Positions 24,740 through 37,821 of a DNA stretch of 42,730 bases are shown here, one piece after another. The stretch is taken from contig CAXIUT010000303.1 in assembly GCA_964035545.1 (NCBI GenBank), forward strand, positions 1-42,730, given 5' to 3'. The notes beneath the pieces were generated by a model, which was not told where the DNA came from, did no database searches, and was given only the letters and a program-made list of their open reading frames with translations. Positions within the stretch are counted from its first letter, which is position 1; the number at the start of each line of letters is the position of its first letter. A program made the translations under genes and the position numbers. The DNA comes from Bugula neritina. Its lineage: Eukaryota; Animalia; Bryozoa.

Positions 24740-26325
24740 TCATTAAAAGCTATCCTCTTTTGACTAACATATTTTCTATAAAAGATATACTAATTTTTAT
24801 GTTCCTTCAAGGTTCCAATCAAAAGGAATAACTGCTACTATTGAAAGAAGACTATTTTGAAATTACATAAAGGATAGTTGATTTTATTTTGTTGATGATC
24901 GATAGATATCAATAGCTTAATTATTCTTTACTATTTGTGGAAGTATATTGGTTTATTCTAAAACTTTTAGAAATGAGTTAAGTGATAAAAATCCATTGTT
25001 TTCAAAGTAATTATAAAGTGAATTAAGGTAGTTTTGGGTAATTCTGATGACTTATCGGCATTATCTTTCTTCTTTAGGAGATATTTTAGTATTTTTAATG
25101 ATGAAGTTCAAATTATACTATTCTGTTTATATAATAGTAGTTGATCATACAGTTTTTGTAAATTTAGATTTAATTTGTCTGATATTTTATCAATAAGAAA
25201 TAAAAACTGTTAGAAAGTAATTTATCTGTTTGAATGATTGAACATATCGAATGTTTATCCAGTCAAATTTGGACAAATACTTGTTAAGATTTATTTAGCT
25301 ATCTCTGCTTAAAGTATTGTCTTGTTTTAACTTTCCTTTTTACGACATAGATCAATAAATTTATTGTAGAGGGGTTAATGATAAGTCCCTAATTTTTATC
25401 TAAAAGAACAATCTATTTATTCTAGTTGGCTTATAATAGATCTTTAGGTCTTGAAATGCATAACATTTGGCTTTTAGTCAAGAATTGATGATAATTCTTG
25501 CTATGAGAGATAGAAGTGTTTAAATCTTTATCTTTTTGATAAATTGATACATCCTTGTGAAACTTCTATTATCTAAAGCAACTTGTAGATCTTTTATTAG
25601 TCCTTTATATCTCCTTGACTGTTGATGTTACTCAACAGGATCAGATACTCAAGAAAGCATATAAAATTAAATTTGAAGTGTTTTCTTTGAAGAGTATCTT
25701 ATGAGAATAGTTGCGAAAAGACAGGTTTTGATTATTTTTATCTGAGAAATTAAAATATCAAAAAACTCATAGGTTTGTTTGTTATTCTTGGAATTAGATT
25801 AAGTTATCGAGATAGTTTGCTAAATATTTTGAATTCATCCTACTTGTTTGCCTTTCCTTCTAGTCTAAAATAAGATTTATAGAGAGCAAATAATCCAGTT
25901 TAAAATCTTTTAAGAAAAGAAAAACAATGTTATTTAAGCAAAGAAAGAGAGAGAAAGGCAAGACATGATCCAAATTGAGTTTATTTTAAGATAGCATCGT
26001 ATAAAGGTTGTAAATGAATGGTAAAAAGTTTATTTAAATTATCTTCTTAACTATCATTTTGAAACTACAGATGTCCTATTTATTGAAGAACATTTAAAAA
26101 AGACTAATAGCTAAGAGAAGTAGTTTTGGCGTAATTATAGTAGATAAGGTCAAGTTCTGACAGTTGAACAGAATGTTGGAGTTGAATATCTACGAGTAAT
26201 CTTCGATAGTTATGGATTTTTAGAGAAGAATGGTTCTACTTGTCTGCGAAGGAACAATAGTAAATGAATATTCTTTGGAGTCTTGTATGGAATTGTTAGA
26301 ATATTGAAGGTTTGCTAGCTTTCAT
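24740..26325 (-). CDS. Protein with repeated p25-alpha/TPPP-like (EF-hand-like) domains
   Basis: RLQRIFIYYCSFADKEN...ELDLIYY...LSYESFLNVLQEIG and similar repeats. A 2-nt TA insertion at ~25130 is needed. The 3' end is uncertain: an apparent TGA-A lies 29 nt from the telomeric tract. Confidence 0.72.
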
Positions 26326-26387
26326 TGTTCTAAATATTATATCAAATTAATAGATTATTTGTTTTGTATAAAGGGACTCGCAAACAA

Positions 26388-26888
26388 ATGAAATATATCT
26401 TTCAAATAGTTATCGTTATCTTAGTTGGTTCTGTATTAAGTTGTGATTTAACTCGATAAAGCAATCAGATAAGAGTTCCAGAAGAACTAGAGATGACTTT
26501 TCCTCCCTTTATGTCATCAAATCGTCTTCTTTGTTTCAAACTAAACCTTCCTCAATCTGATCAGGTTTATATTGTTAGACTTGACTATTTTCCATACATG
26601 TGTTTAGATGCAGAAAATGATGTAAAAATGGCTTGGAATGGATAAGTTTATGAAGCTAAAGTCAATATAACTCGCAAATGCAAGAAAAATACTTTGAAAT
26701 AGACTGAATAAGAACCATATCGAATGATATACTAGTTTAGACAGGGCTATCATAAAGGAGGAATTCTTGTGCATAAGGAACTAGTTCATTTCTACTTACC
26801 AACTATCATAGGTCTATTTCTCTTGAGTATTTTCCTGTAAAAGGTGATATTCCGGGTGAATAGTAAGAGCTAAAGTAAAGAAGAATGA
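26388..26888 (+). CDS. Small type-I membrane protein (signal peptide + C-terminal TM)
   Basis: MKYIFQIVIVILVGSVLSC... and FYLPTIIGLFLLSIFL; intact 167-codon ORF. Confidence 0.75.
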
Positions 26889-26910
26889 TATGATACCATG
26901 ATATGATCAA

Positions 26911-27345
26911 TCAATATTTTTGTCCTTGCATTGTGACTGTAACTTGTCTTGTATGGTTGTGCGTTCGATACTACATGAGCCAAATTCCTTGCCATGTTCC
27001 TAGTCCCAATTTTCCATTAGTAATGGGGATGTTGATGGATGCTCCGCTTAAAACGCTTTTTACATGGGCTGGCATATCATCTGGACCTTCACAGTCATGT
27101 TGATAAAGTCCTTTTCCTTATGGTACAAGTTTGTTAAAAGTATTTTCCATATCTTTTTGAACAGTCGGATCATAGTTTTAGCAAAGAGCAAGACCAGCAG
27201 ATGTGTGATGGAGGAATATATTGCAGAGTCCCACTTTTATCTGACCAAGGTCTTCATGGATAGGTGCTAGGATTTAATCTGTAATCAGATAGCATCCTCT
27301 TTTTCTTGTTTTAAGTGAAAAAGCTTTTTGGAACCAAGCTGCCAT
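26911..27345 (-). CDS. yjbQ: YjbQ/UPF0047 family protein
   Basis: [51 protein letters not shown]; 145 codons. Confidence 0.95.
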
Positions 27346-27383
27346 GATACAATATTTTTTACTTAATAATTATTATCATTTAA

Positions 27384-28421
27384 TCAATGGCAATCTTTAT
27401 TGACTGAACAAAGCTATTTGAGTTGATTTGTTCCAATTTTCATAGACCTTCCGAATACATCTGAACTATACTACCACATTCCAAGTCCTGCAAACCATTT
27501 CATGTTCGTATATGCAGTTGATAGAGATATTCCTAAAGTTAGTGAATCCATGTATCCTGACCCAGTGGTATCACTTGGTGTAACTGGCTTGACTACAACT
27601 ATTTTTTTAAGATCAACTCCTCGCTGGTTTATCTCTGAAACTGATGTATTTGGATGAAGACCTGATGATTTCACAAAAAGCTATTCATATGTATTGTAGC
27701 GTGATATTCCTAAATTAAAGAACTGAACATTATAGAAGTTGACAGTTTTATTTATTTTAGTGTTGATCTAAGTATAACTACGATTCATGTAGTCTTCAGA
27801 TATGAAAAAGGAAGCTGAAGGCGAGTGAGTGATAATTTGTTCAGGCAAGAGCTTTCTCAAATGAGTATGGAAATTTATCAGCCATTATGATCCGTTACCA
27901 ATATGAAGAGCACGCTAATCTTGCCAATTGATATCACATCCATCAAGGTTGTTATCAAGAACAAAAGTAGCTAACTTACTTGCACATTCAAGAGCACTCA
28001 ATCCAATAGAAGTAGGTATTTAGCGGTTTCCAAAAGCACTTATCATAACATGTGATTTTTTATCGTTGTATTTTTGTCTAAGATTTTGTTGGATTTCTTG
28101 TTTAGTTTTACCAAAAACAGAATCATCACCAAAAAAATCAATCGGTCTGCTCCAAGCCAATGCAGCTCCAGTAGAATCATCACCACAAGACCAAAATCCA
28201 AGCAATATATAGTTGTATATTTATTAATCAGCATACCCAGGTACTCCTAAAGAAGAAGCTAGCCTTTAAGCAGGATAATATTCTTTGATCTTATCAATAA
28301 AACCCACCCTCATAGGATAGATATTTCTAGGTATGTTTTTAAATTATTGATCGTCTGATAGCTAGCTTATCTACAAGGAAACTGCGATGGCTAACAAGCA
28401 GCTGAAGAGGAAATAAATCAT
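27384..28421 (-). CDS. Secreted GH18 chitinase-like protein with degenerate catalytic motif
   Basis: Signal peptide, YNYILLGFW, MISAFG, NNLDGCDINWQD, FYNVQFFN, KIVVVKP, GLGMWEYSSD; 346 codons. Confidence 0.9.
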
Positions 28422-28504
28422 TATGAGATTTTTTTAAATATAAAGGATAATAAAGTTATAATTAATCTACTATAATAGAAATAAGAACGATATGTAGGAG
28501 ATGA

Positions 28505-29341
28505 TCAATTGATGATATATTGACTGCGCAGACTGTATCTTTCGATGAATTTGATGGCCCATCCTCTGCTAGCTTTGAAAAAGATGTCTGTAGATCGACT
28601 CAATGCATACTCTTGGATCTCGTCAATAGAAACCATTTCTCCTTCAATTTTTTATCTCCTCAACCACTTGTACAATTCTTCTTAGAGTTCCGGATTTGTT
28701 CGTCTACGTCCACCTCCTCTCTTTCTGAAAATTCCATCAGTAGACCATCTTTTTATATTTTTGCAGGGAATGCCAAGGTTTCTGCTGACTTCAGTGATAG
28801 ACATTTTTTAGTCGACAAAGAGTGAAACTGCTCTTACTTTTTCTTGCACGCTATAGCTTTTGTAAGGTCCTCTCTTGTATTACTTTTCATCAGAATCATT
28901 GAAGGAAGACTATCCTTCATAAGGTAGCATGGGAAGAATCTAATAATTTTCAACTCCTTCATTGCCTTCTTGTTCGATCTACTACTCCAACTTTTCTTCT
29001 TTTTTGACTAAATCAAAGGTAAGTTTTTTGGCGGGATGAAGTTTTGAACATTCTTTTCTGTTTTTTACTGGTTGAAGAGAGGAGTAAGATTCTTTGTCTT
29101 CCATTTGATTTTCTTCTGACAACTTGTATAGCTAGTTGTAGAGGTTTTCTTTTTGGTAGCTGAGAGTAAGAGTGTTGATTAGGTTGAGGATCCCTTTTGG
29201 ATGAATCCAAATGGCTAGTGCTTCACTGAGTTACTGAGAAGAGTTTTTGTGTGTTTTAACCCAGCTGATGGCTTTATGTAGGAAGCCTTTGAAGACTTGA
29301 GTGAGGAAGAATAGTGATTATTCGTAGTCCGACATAGACAT
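28505..29341 (-). CDS. CENP-B/Tc5(pogo)-type double HTH DNA-binding protein lacking a DDE domain
   Basis: RGPYKSYSVQEK...VSRNLGIPCKNIKRW...GGGRR...ELEEELYKW...FKASRGWAIKFIERY; 279 codons. Confidence 0.85.
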
Positions 29342-29526
29342 GAATCAAATCGAAAACACTAATATTATAGTAAGGTATATTGCCTCCAAAAAAAGATAGA
29401 TTTAATTCAAATAATCATATTAAATTTATGATATACATTTGTTCGATAAAATAATATAATATTCGATGATGAGAGATCGTGTTCTATGCCTGACTATTAT
29501 ATTGATATTATTTAAGTTAAAATTCG

Positions 29527-32500
29527 ATGGGAGCATGTGTGGGTAGTAATAGTGAAAGAAGTAAGCAATAACTCTATACTGCTTTGGGGACTATTCCAGA
29601 AGATGCCAAATCTATCAGTAGAGACAATTTGCCTACCCTTCAATTTTGTTTTATTTTGGCAGATATTGTACTTAAAAGGGTCTAGTATGTATCAATCAGC
29701 TAAAATAGAAAGAAATATCATTAAAGTTTAAAGTCTAGGGACTTAATTAATACACTACGACACTCAAAAGAGTCGATCAAAATAAAAAAGTCAATGTATA
29801 AATGAGACTATTTAGTGGAAAATTAACTATCGATCTTAAGCTAAGATGAACTAGTACGATTTAAGAATGAAATTTTTAGTTATTGAAGCTTACAACAAAA
29901 ATAAAGAAATGCTTGGACATATAACAGTCAATCTCTATATGATATGGAGGGGACCATATCACCTTAATCTACCTTTCTTTATGGATGATTCCAAAGATAC
30001 ACGCATTTCTTTCAACTATAGAATCTCTCAGGGAGTTCATCTGCTTGTAGATAACCTCTAGACCTGTCTCATGCCCAATACCAGAAAAGGTGCAGGGGAA
30101 TACTACACATTTTGGATTTAACCCATTGTAGTTTTTTATTTATTAAGATAGGACAGCAACTGGAACCAGCTAAACATACTTATTTTTTGAAGATTGATGA
30201 TGGAAAAATGGGACTGGCTCGAGGTAAAAGTAGATAGGGTTTTTAAGAACCTTAAATGTTTGAATAGTCAGTTCCTAACTTAAATACTGTTTACACATAG
30301 AAGCCAATAACAGAAGTTCATACTACAAAGAGTGACAGGATGGTGTGGTTGAAATAAAAAGCAAAGGATTTAACATTGCCTCTAATAGATACAACTATCT
30401 ATGTTTCTTAAATTTATGAGACTTCTTTATATCTTATTTTCTTTAGTGTAATTCCTGGTAAAGAAAATAAGTTTGAAGTTGACAGTTCTTGCTTCTTTTC
30501 TCTTTCTAAAATAATGGATAACCAGTCATCAATCTGGAAGGATCCCAGAACAAAGTTGTCATATCAGCAATATGAAATAAAGATGAATCAAAAAGTATGG
30601 CATCATGGAAAGTAGATGGGTGAATCTCATGTTCATTTTAATGTTAAAGTTCAATGTCATGAACATCAAATGTTAACTTGTGTAAGAACTTAAAAAGGAA
30701 TATAAACATCAAGTCCTGTATTCATTACCACTAAATCAAGAGAAAGTTAAGAAATAAAATCTTTGAAAAAGTTGACTGAATCCATTCAAAAAGATCTTTA
30801 TTAAATATAGAAAACTAGTAATGATCATGTCGAAGATATAAGATAGATTATGGCTGATATTAAAGTAAGTCAAAATAAAATATTAAAACTATTTGAGTAA
30901 ACTTCAAAGGAATCTATTCTAATATATTAATATCTCAATGAAAAGTAAATGGTCTAGGCTCAAAGGGTTCTTATTGATATAGGATTTAATACTTTAGCCT
31001 ATATTCGTCAGAGAATTAACCAAGACATTGAAAAACTTTGTTGGTAAATACTGATTTCCTTACTAAAAAGAGGATAATTTGTTTTATCTAAAATGTGTTT
31101 CAACTCTGCATAAAAAGATAAAATAACTAAGAGTCAGATTAATCAAGATTTAAGGACTAAAATAGATATTAGTATTAGATTTTTAGATTTGTTGAATCAA
31201 TTGATGGCAGTTACTCTTAATTCTTTGATTAATAAAGGAGATTAAAGCTAACAAGCTTTTGCTTAAGCTTTTTGTTCTTATGCTTACTTAAGAATTCCTA
31301 TCTTCAGGTAAAGTATCCTTCATATGATTGAAAAATAAAGCGATCCCAACATTAATTAATGGAGAATGATTACTTTTGGAAGAGACATGCATGAATATCG
31401 ACCGAATAGTGCTAAACAGCAATAAAATTATTTTGACAGCTTATTCAACTGGTAAAGTCATTTTTATAAATATATTGAAGCAGAACCTGATTTCAAAGTG
31501 AACCAGACTCGACTTCGATAGATAATGCAGAAATAAAAAAGCTGGTAAGATAGACTTTCCAAAAGAAGAGGAGCTTTCTTTACCTTTTTGTAGAATCTTG
31601 TCTCAGAAATAGAGTATGTATGTGTAGTAAGTAAGTATATAGATTGGTAATCTCTACCTGGGTATAACAAACTTCTTTATGCATTTTTGGCTGAAATGAA
31701 ACAAATGAAAGTGATCTATATGAACGACCGTTTTCGTCGCTGTTTGAAGAAAATGTTAGCTAATGAGAAACTATTGAATGTGTTTGTGGTTTTATTGATG
31801 AAGAAAACAAATATTAATGAAGTTAAAGAAACTATGACTACTTTAACTATTTTGGATGATTGTTTTAAGAGGATGAAAAAGACTGGCAGGGCTCTACCTG
31901 TTACTTTTGATTATAAATTTTTGATGCAAGGGTATAAAATGGTCTTGAATTCTGATTATGAGTATAATATATCGAAGTGTTTGGTTATTATTTACAATCA
32001 TTTCAGCTATTTTCCAAGTTAGTTCAGCTTAGAATTGATTCTTTTCTTGTTAAGTAAATACTTTTTTAAGTTTTTCTTTCACTGGTCTTATAGTTTAAGA
32101 AAAATATTTCATACTTTAATCTATGCTAAAGTTCATGTTCTAAGATAAAAAGAAGATACTGGAAGTATGCTATTTAGAAAAAAGAAACTAAAAGATAAAC
32201 TCAAGGATAAGAGTCAATAAGCTAAAGTGACTCCATATCATTCTCATTTGAAATTATTCGTGGTTCAACGCTTCTAGTACTTAATGGGTAATATTCGTTA
32301 AGAAATATTGCCAAGAATCTTACAGATCGAGGCTTTGAAGCCACCAAAATAGAAAAATCTTTATCACTAAAAGATGAAGAAAAAAATTGAGAAAAAAAGA
32401 AAATAATGGTTCCTAAGCTTCGAGACAGCTCAATGTCAACAAACCTGGAATAGCAGCTATGCGCTTTTTTAGTTAAGGCATTAGTAAGAATTTGATCGTG

Positions 32501-32725
32501 ACAAAAAATAAAATTTATTTTAAAGCAGAGTAAATGGAGATAGTTGGAATATAGAAAGATTAATGGCTGTATGTGAAGGCATCAGTCAATGAATATAAAG
32601 TCGTAATGTAGGACCTCTAAAAGAAATATTTGTAAAATCCTGACTATGAGCCATAGTTGGCTGCTAAGAAGATGAAGGATGGAAAAGAGAAAGATTTGTA
32701 GGAGAAATAAGTTGATGAATGGTGA
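29527..32725 (+). CDS. Large N-acylated protein: C2-like N-terminal region + DUF1765-like helical domain
   Basis: Starts MGACVGS. Contains YAYLRIPIFR, WESLPGY and FFKFFFHWSYSLRKIF. 20-nt introns at 29689-29708, 29796-29815 and 30128-30147. A +1 A near 32391-32403. Confidence 0.78.
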
Positions 32726-32803
32726 TTATTTATATTCAACCAGATTAGAGATTGTATAATCTCAAGAACAAATCTCAATAAAACTGATTTATACTTATAA
32801 TCA

Positions 32804-34077
32804 ATGAAGAATCATACATGGTAGTGTCCTTTTGACTAAAAATAAATCAAACTTATTTATCCTGCCTTCGATGAACAAAAACTAAGAATCTTTCTTGATA
32901 ATCCTAAATTTGACTGCAGTTTGGGGTGCATGTTTGGAAGTTTCATCGGAGATTCCCTAGGATCTTTTCTAGAATTTGCTTAACATGTAACTCCGAATCT
33001 AGTTGACTAAGGTATAAATTTATCTAGTTAGCTATGTAGATGCCACCAGGAGGACCATTTAATATTCGAGCGGGCCAGATAACAGATGACTCCGAAATGA
33101 GTTTTCATCTTTTATAGGCTCTTCGTCATTTTAAATTTTAAAAGAACTTTGATGAACAATTCAATGATTTAGTTATAAAGATCGCTCATGAGTATGTTAA
33201 GTGGAAGTAATCTGGTCCTTTTGATATTGGAATTACATGTAAAAACGGCATTAAAGTACTATCGAAGTATTAATATTTATCGAAGTAAGGATAAAATTAA
33301 AAGAAATAAGGACTCAAACAGATGTATTAAAAAATATATTAAATAAATCATAAAAGTCAAAGCAATGGTTCTCTTATGAGAATTACTCCTCTTGCTTTTT
33401 TTATCACTATTCTTTGCACTATTTCCCCTTTCCCCTCAAACTCCTTTTACAAAAATTGATGAGCTCATAAAAGGTACTATAGTTAAAATATAGATGAAAC
33501 AAGATTATTACATCCAAATTAAATGCTAATAAAATCATCAAAGCATTGGATAAGAACTCTATTTTTGATAATTCATCGTAAAGATAATAATTAATTGAAA
33601 AGTATATATTTGAAATCAATAACTGATGCTAAGAAAAAGATGTAGGAATGGACAAAAGAAGTATAGACATAACAACCTATGAACGGATAGAAAAATAAAG
33701 GGTGGGCAAAGATAGCTTGGAGCTATGGTATGAGATAATTCAAAGATATCATTAGAATTCAGGAATTAAATACTAGCTTTAAATTAGATGAATTTCATTA
33801 CATGAAAGTCATGAAAAGTATACTACAAAGGGGAGGAGATACAGATACTAATGCTGCTATTGTTGGAGGAATGATCGGAGCCATCGTTGGATTTAAAAAT
33901 TTGCCTAGAATATATCTAAAAAAGATGTTATCCTTAAATTTTAATAATAAATCATTAAAAAGAGGTCATGATAGACCTTAGTTCTATGAACCTCGAAGCG
34001 CCTTTATAAAAGCTTATCAGTTATTTGAAAAAGTACATTTACATTAAAAAAAAATCCAAAATCAAGCAAAAATTTGA
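32804..34077 (+). CDS. ADP-ribosylglycohydrolase (ARH/DraG family)
   Basis: GSFIGDSLGSFLEF, GQITDDSEM, PFDIGIT, SNGSLMRITP, GGDTDTNAAIVGGMIGA. 20-nt introns 33012-33031 and 33474-33493. One extra base between ~33395 and 33457. Confidence 0.93.
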
Positions 34078-34126
34078 TTTATAACTCTATTTATAATAAC
34101 CAAATATGATTATTTATGAACAAATA

Positions 34127-35160
<1,034 letters not shown>

Positions 35161-35459
35161 TTTTATTTCTAATGTAATAGATATGCTCTTTAAAATTTAT
35201 ATTACGTTTGTATGTTATTATTCTAGAAAACAATATATTTTATCATACCTATAGAACATAATATATTCGAAAGAATATTGCTCCAGATCCGATATCATGT
35301 CAAACATTCAAGTATGATACAACTGCTGATCGAATACAATATCATTTGTCACTCAAAATATTTCTGGTGTGATGAACGGATTCTTCCATAATAGGAAGCT
35401 GTAGAAAAATTAAATAAAGTTCTCTAAAATTAACAAACATGATTTATAGAATACTATCA

Positions 35460-36723
35460 TCATAAAAGCTGGTTTGGCAAAATAAAACTAATGTACATTG
35501 GATTCGAAGATCCTGTTCCCATCATTGGAGCCATATATCCAAAGAAATTTCCATAACCTGATGGATATGAAACTTGACTTGTCGACTGTTGAGTTGCTTC
35601 TGTAAAATGTGGTACCACTGGCTATCTTATTTCAAGAGAATTCTAAACTTCGATTTGCTAGTTTTCTTCTAAAATACGAACATTCAAAGGAGAAGGCATT
35701 TATATTTATTCTTACTGTACTTCTTCAAGTAAAAGTCTGTTCAGACAAACTCTAACTAATCTTTTTTAAGTCAGAGGTCCAGATATCTTTCTTTGGCGAA
35801 TCATAAGAAGGTTAAATCTATTTTTTAGTGCATTTTATGTCCTTCCTTCCATGAACTTAGAAATTTCAGACCACTTTTTAAACCCTTCTAACTCAAGGAC
35901 ATACTAAAGCAGCTTTCTATCTTCTTATAGATTCCATGGTCCTTTTTGAATTTTAGGATTAAGGAAACAATTCCAATGTTATCTACATTGTTTTGCAGTC
36001 CTAAACACTTTAGCTTTTGAAGTGTTTCTCTAATAAAGCTTTTAAGAAATCAATTTCCAGTTCATTTTGTTGTCAGTCACAATCTAATTAAGAAGTTTCG
36101 ACTCCATTTTAGACCATTTATGAGACACTAGCCTTACTTTTTTGAGACTAAGCCATCTGAACTTGCATTTTTGCCAAGAAGAACCAGAAATCATACTGGA
36201 TATTAAAGTCCAATCTTCCTTCACCTAAATAAAATAGTTGTTACTAAATCTGAGAAGTGAGCAAGTTCTTAGAGTTCTAGCCTCTTTGAGACAAGCCAAA
36301 CTAAGAGACTGATATCATCATTGTTCCAATTCTTCTTGATTTTTCTATTTCTAATCATTCTAATTAGTAACTTTTTTACTTATTGACTCGGCGTTCAGCT
36401 ATCTAAACTACCTCAGGCTTATGTTAGATTTTAAAGTCCTTCATTTTATCACAGTACTCTTCAACACAAGTAGGTACAGTAGCTACACTTTCCTCAGAAA
36501 TTCTTCCAACAAACTCCTTCAGTCTTTCCAAAGAAACATGAAGATCATCGATTTTCTCTTCACTAATCAATCTCTCTTCTTCTTAATATTCTCCAGAAGA
36601 TTCCTACTAAGAGCTAATCATTTCTTCTTAGTTCTTCTTTTAGATCAACTACACTCTTTTTCTTTAAATCCTTCTCATGTAAATCAGATAATAAAACAAT
36701 TTTCTGAAAGAAGCATTCTCCAT
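35460..36723 (-). CDS. Three-repeat Myb-domain transcription factor
   Basis: KNWNNDD...CKFRW, HKWSKMES...RTAKQCREHWNCFLNP, KGPWNLEEDRKL...KWSEISKFMEGRTENALKNRF. 20-nt introns 36360-36379 and 36225-36244. Confidence 0.92.
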
Positions 36724-37085
36724 TTAAAAAACTTTAACTTTCTTTGAGCAAGCTTTGAAAATAGAGAAATAACTATGAAAGAAGCTTTTTTATTTTCTTT
36801 TAGAAGATAAACAACAGTGAGAGTTTAAGCCTCTTTTTTGAAATCTCAACCAAATTGCAAAAAACAGAAAAGCAGCTTCAATTATTCCTAGTCTTCTACT
36901 CAAATCTAATTTATCTTTCAAACAAACCTAAGCTTTTAGAACCGCTGAAAAACTTTTCTTTTTTGGAGAAAAAAATTCTTATCCGCCATAGATAAAACAA
37001 CACTTTCTTTTCACTAATCATTAATAGAACGATTTTGAAGAAAAATATAATAAGCAAATTTTAGTTCATTTTATACTGAACTTAT

Positions 37086-37724
37086 ATGGCAAGTACGGTT
37101 CAATCTCTTTATCAACAGAATTTCTTCCATATATCATGCATTCAGGATAATTTCTCGAATTCTCCGAAAAGACTCTGCATTCTCAAAAAAGAACTGCAAT
37201 AAAGTTTAGAAACTTATATAAAGCAGAATAATTGAAAATACTTTGGGTGGTTTATTTTAGCAACATCATTGATGAGTAATAGGACCTATTAATAAGTTAT
37301 ACATTCTGCTTCTTATCTTCAGCTATCAACTAAAGGTAAGAAATAGTTTCAGGAATAGAATAAGTTCTAAGTGTTTCTTATCGATAAAGTTAGCTCAGAC
37401 GATTATCTATTTCCCTCTAAAAATAGAAAATCTTTTACTTAATTTGAACCTAAGTTGCTAAAAGGGAGATAAATCATACTAGAAGGAACTCCATTGATTT
37501 GTCATAATTTTTAATGGCAAAGAGAATCATTTTTAGTTCTCAATTTAAAATATAATAAGGATGCAATGAGTTCGTAGCTAGCAATTAAGCTAATAAATTT
37601 TTCAACTTGTCAAAGTACTATCTTCTAAAAGCAGTTTAATTTAAACTACTTGAGTTATTATTCGATGTAGTTTCATTCATTTGATAAGGTTTGTGAAGTT
37701 ATTCTAAATAGTTGCGGCCTGTGA
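37086..37724 (+). CDS. Hypothetical 212-aa protein interrupted by one in-frame TGA (codon 50)
   Basis: ATG 37086 to TGA-T 37722-37724 in one frame, filling the gap between Myb and Sec7. Internal TGA at 37233-37235. Confidence 0.55.
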
Positions 37725-37821
37725 TTAATATTAATTCAATTTCAAAAACTAACATATAAAACTATATCAAAACTATTTTTTAATTATTAGGTAATAGGAA
37801 GAATTTATCAACAAATAAAGA

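Noticed and set aside
3555-33460. Programmed ribosomal frameshifting (Euplotes-like) at the ~8 frame breaks (~1760, 3561, 5091, 11250, 22284, 25130, 32400, 33400)
   Set aside because: The breaks go in different directions (+1, -1, +2), lie in homopolymer or dinucleotide runs and share no slippery-plus-stop motif. Long-read indel error is the simpler explanation; polishing would settle it.
35368-35410. SECIS-like hairpin on the + strand
   Set aside because: The core quartet geometry is imperfect and there is no adjacent upstream + strand gene with an in-frame TGA.
35372-35854. Long antisense ORF opposite the Myb gene
   Set aside because: With a single stop codon long antisense frames arise by chance, and it has no recognisable motif.
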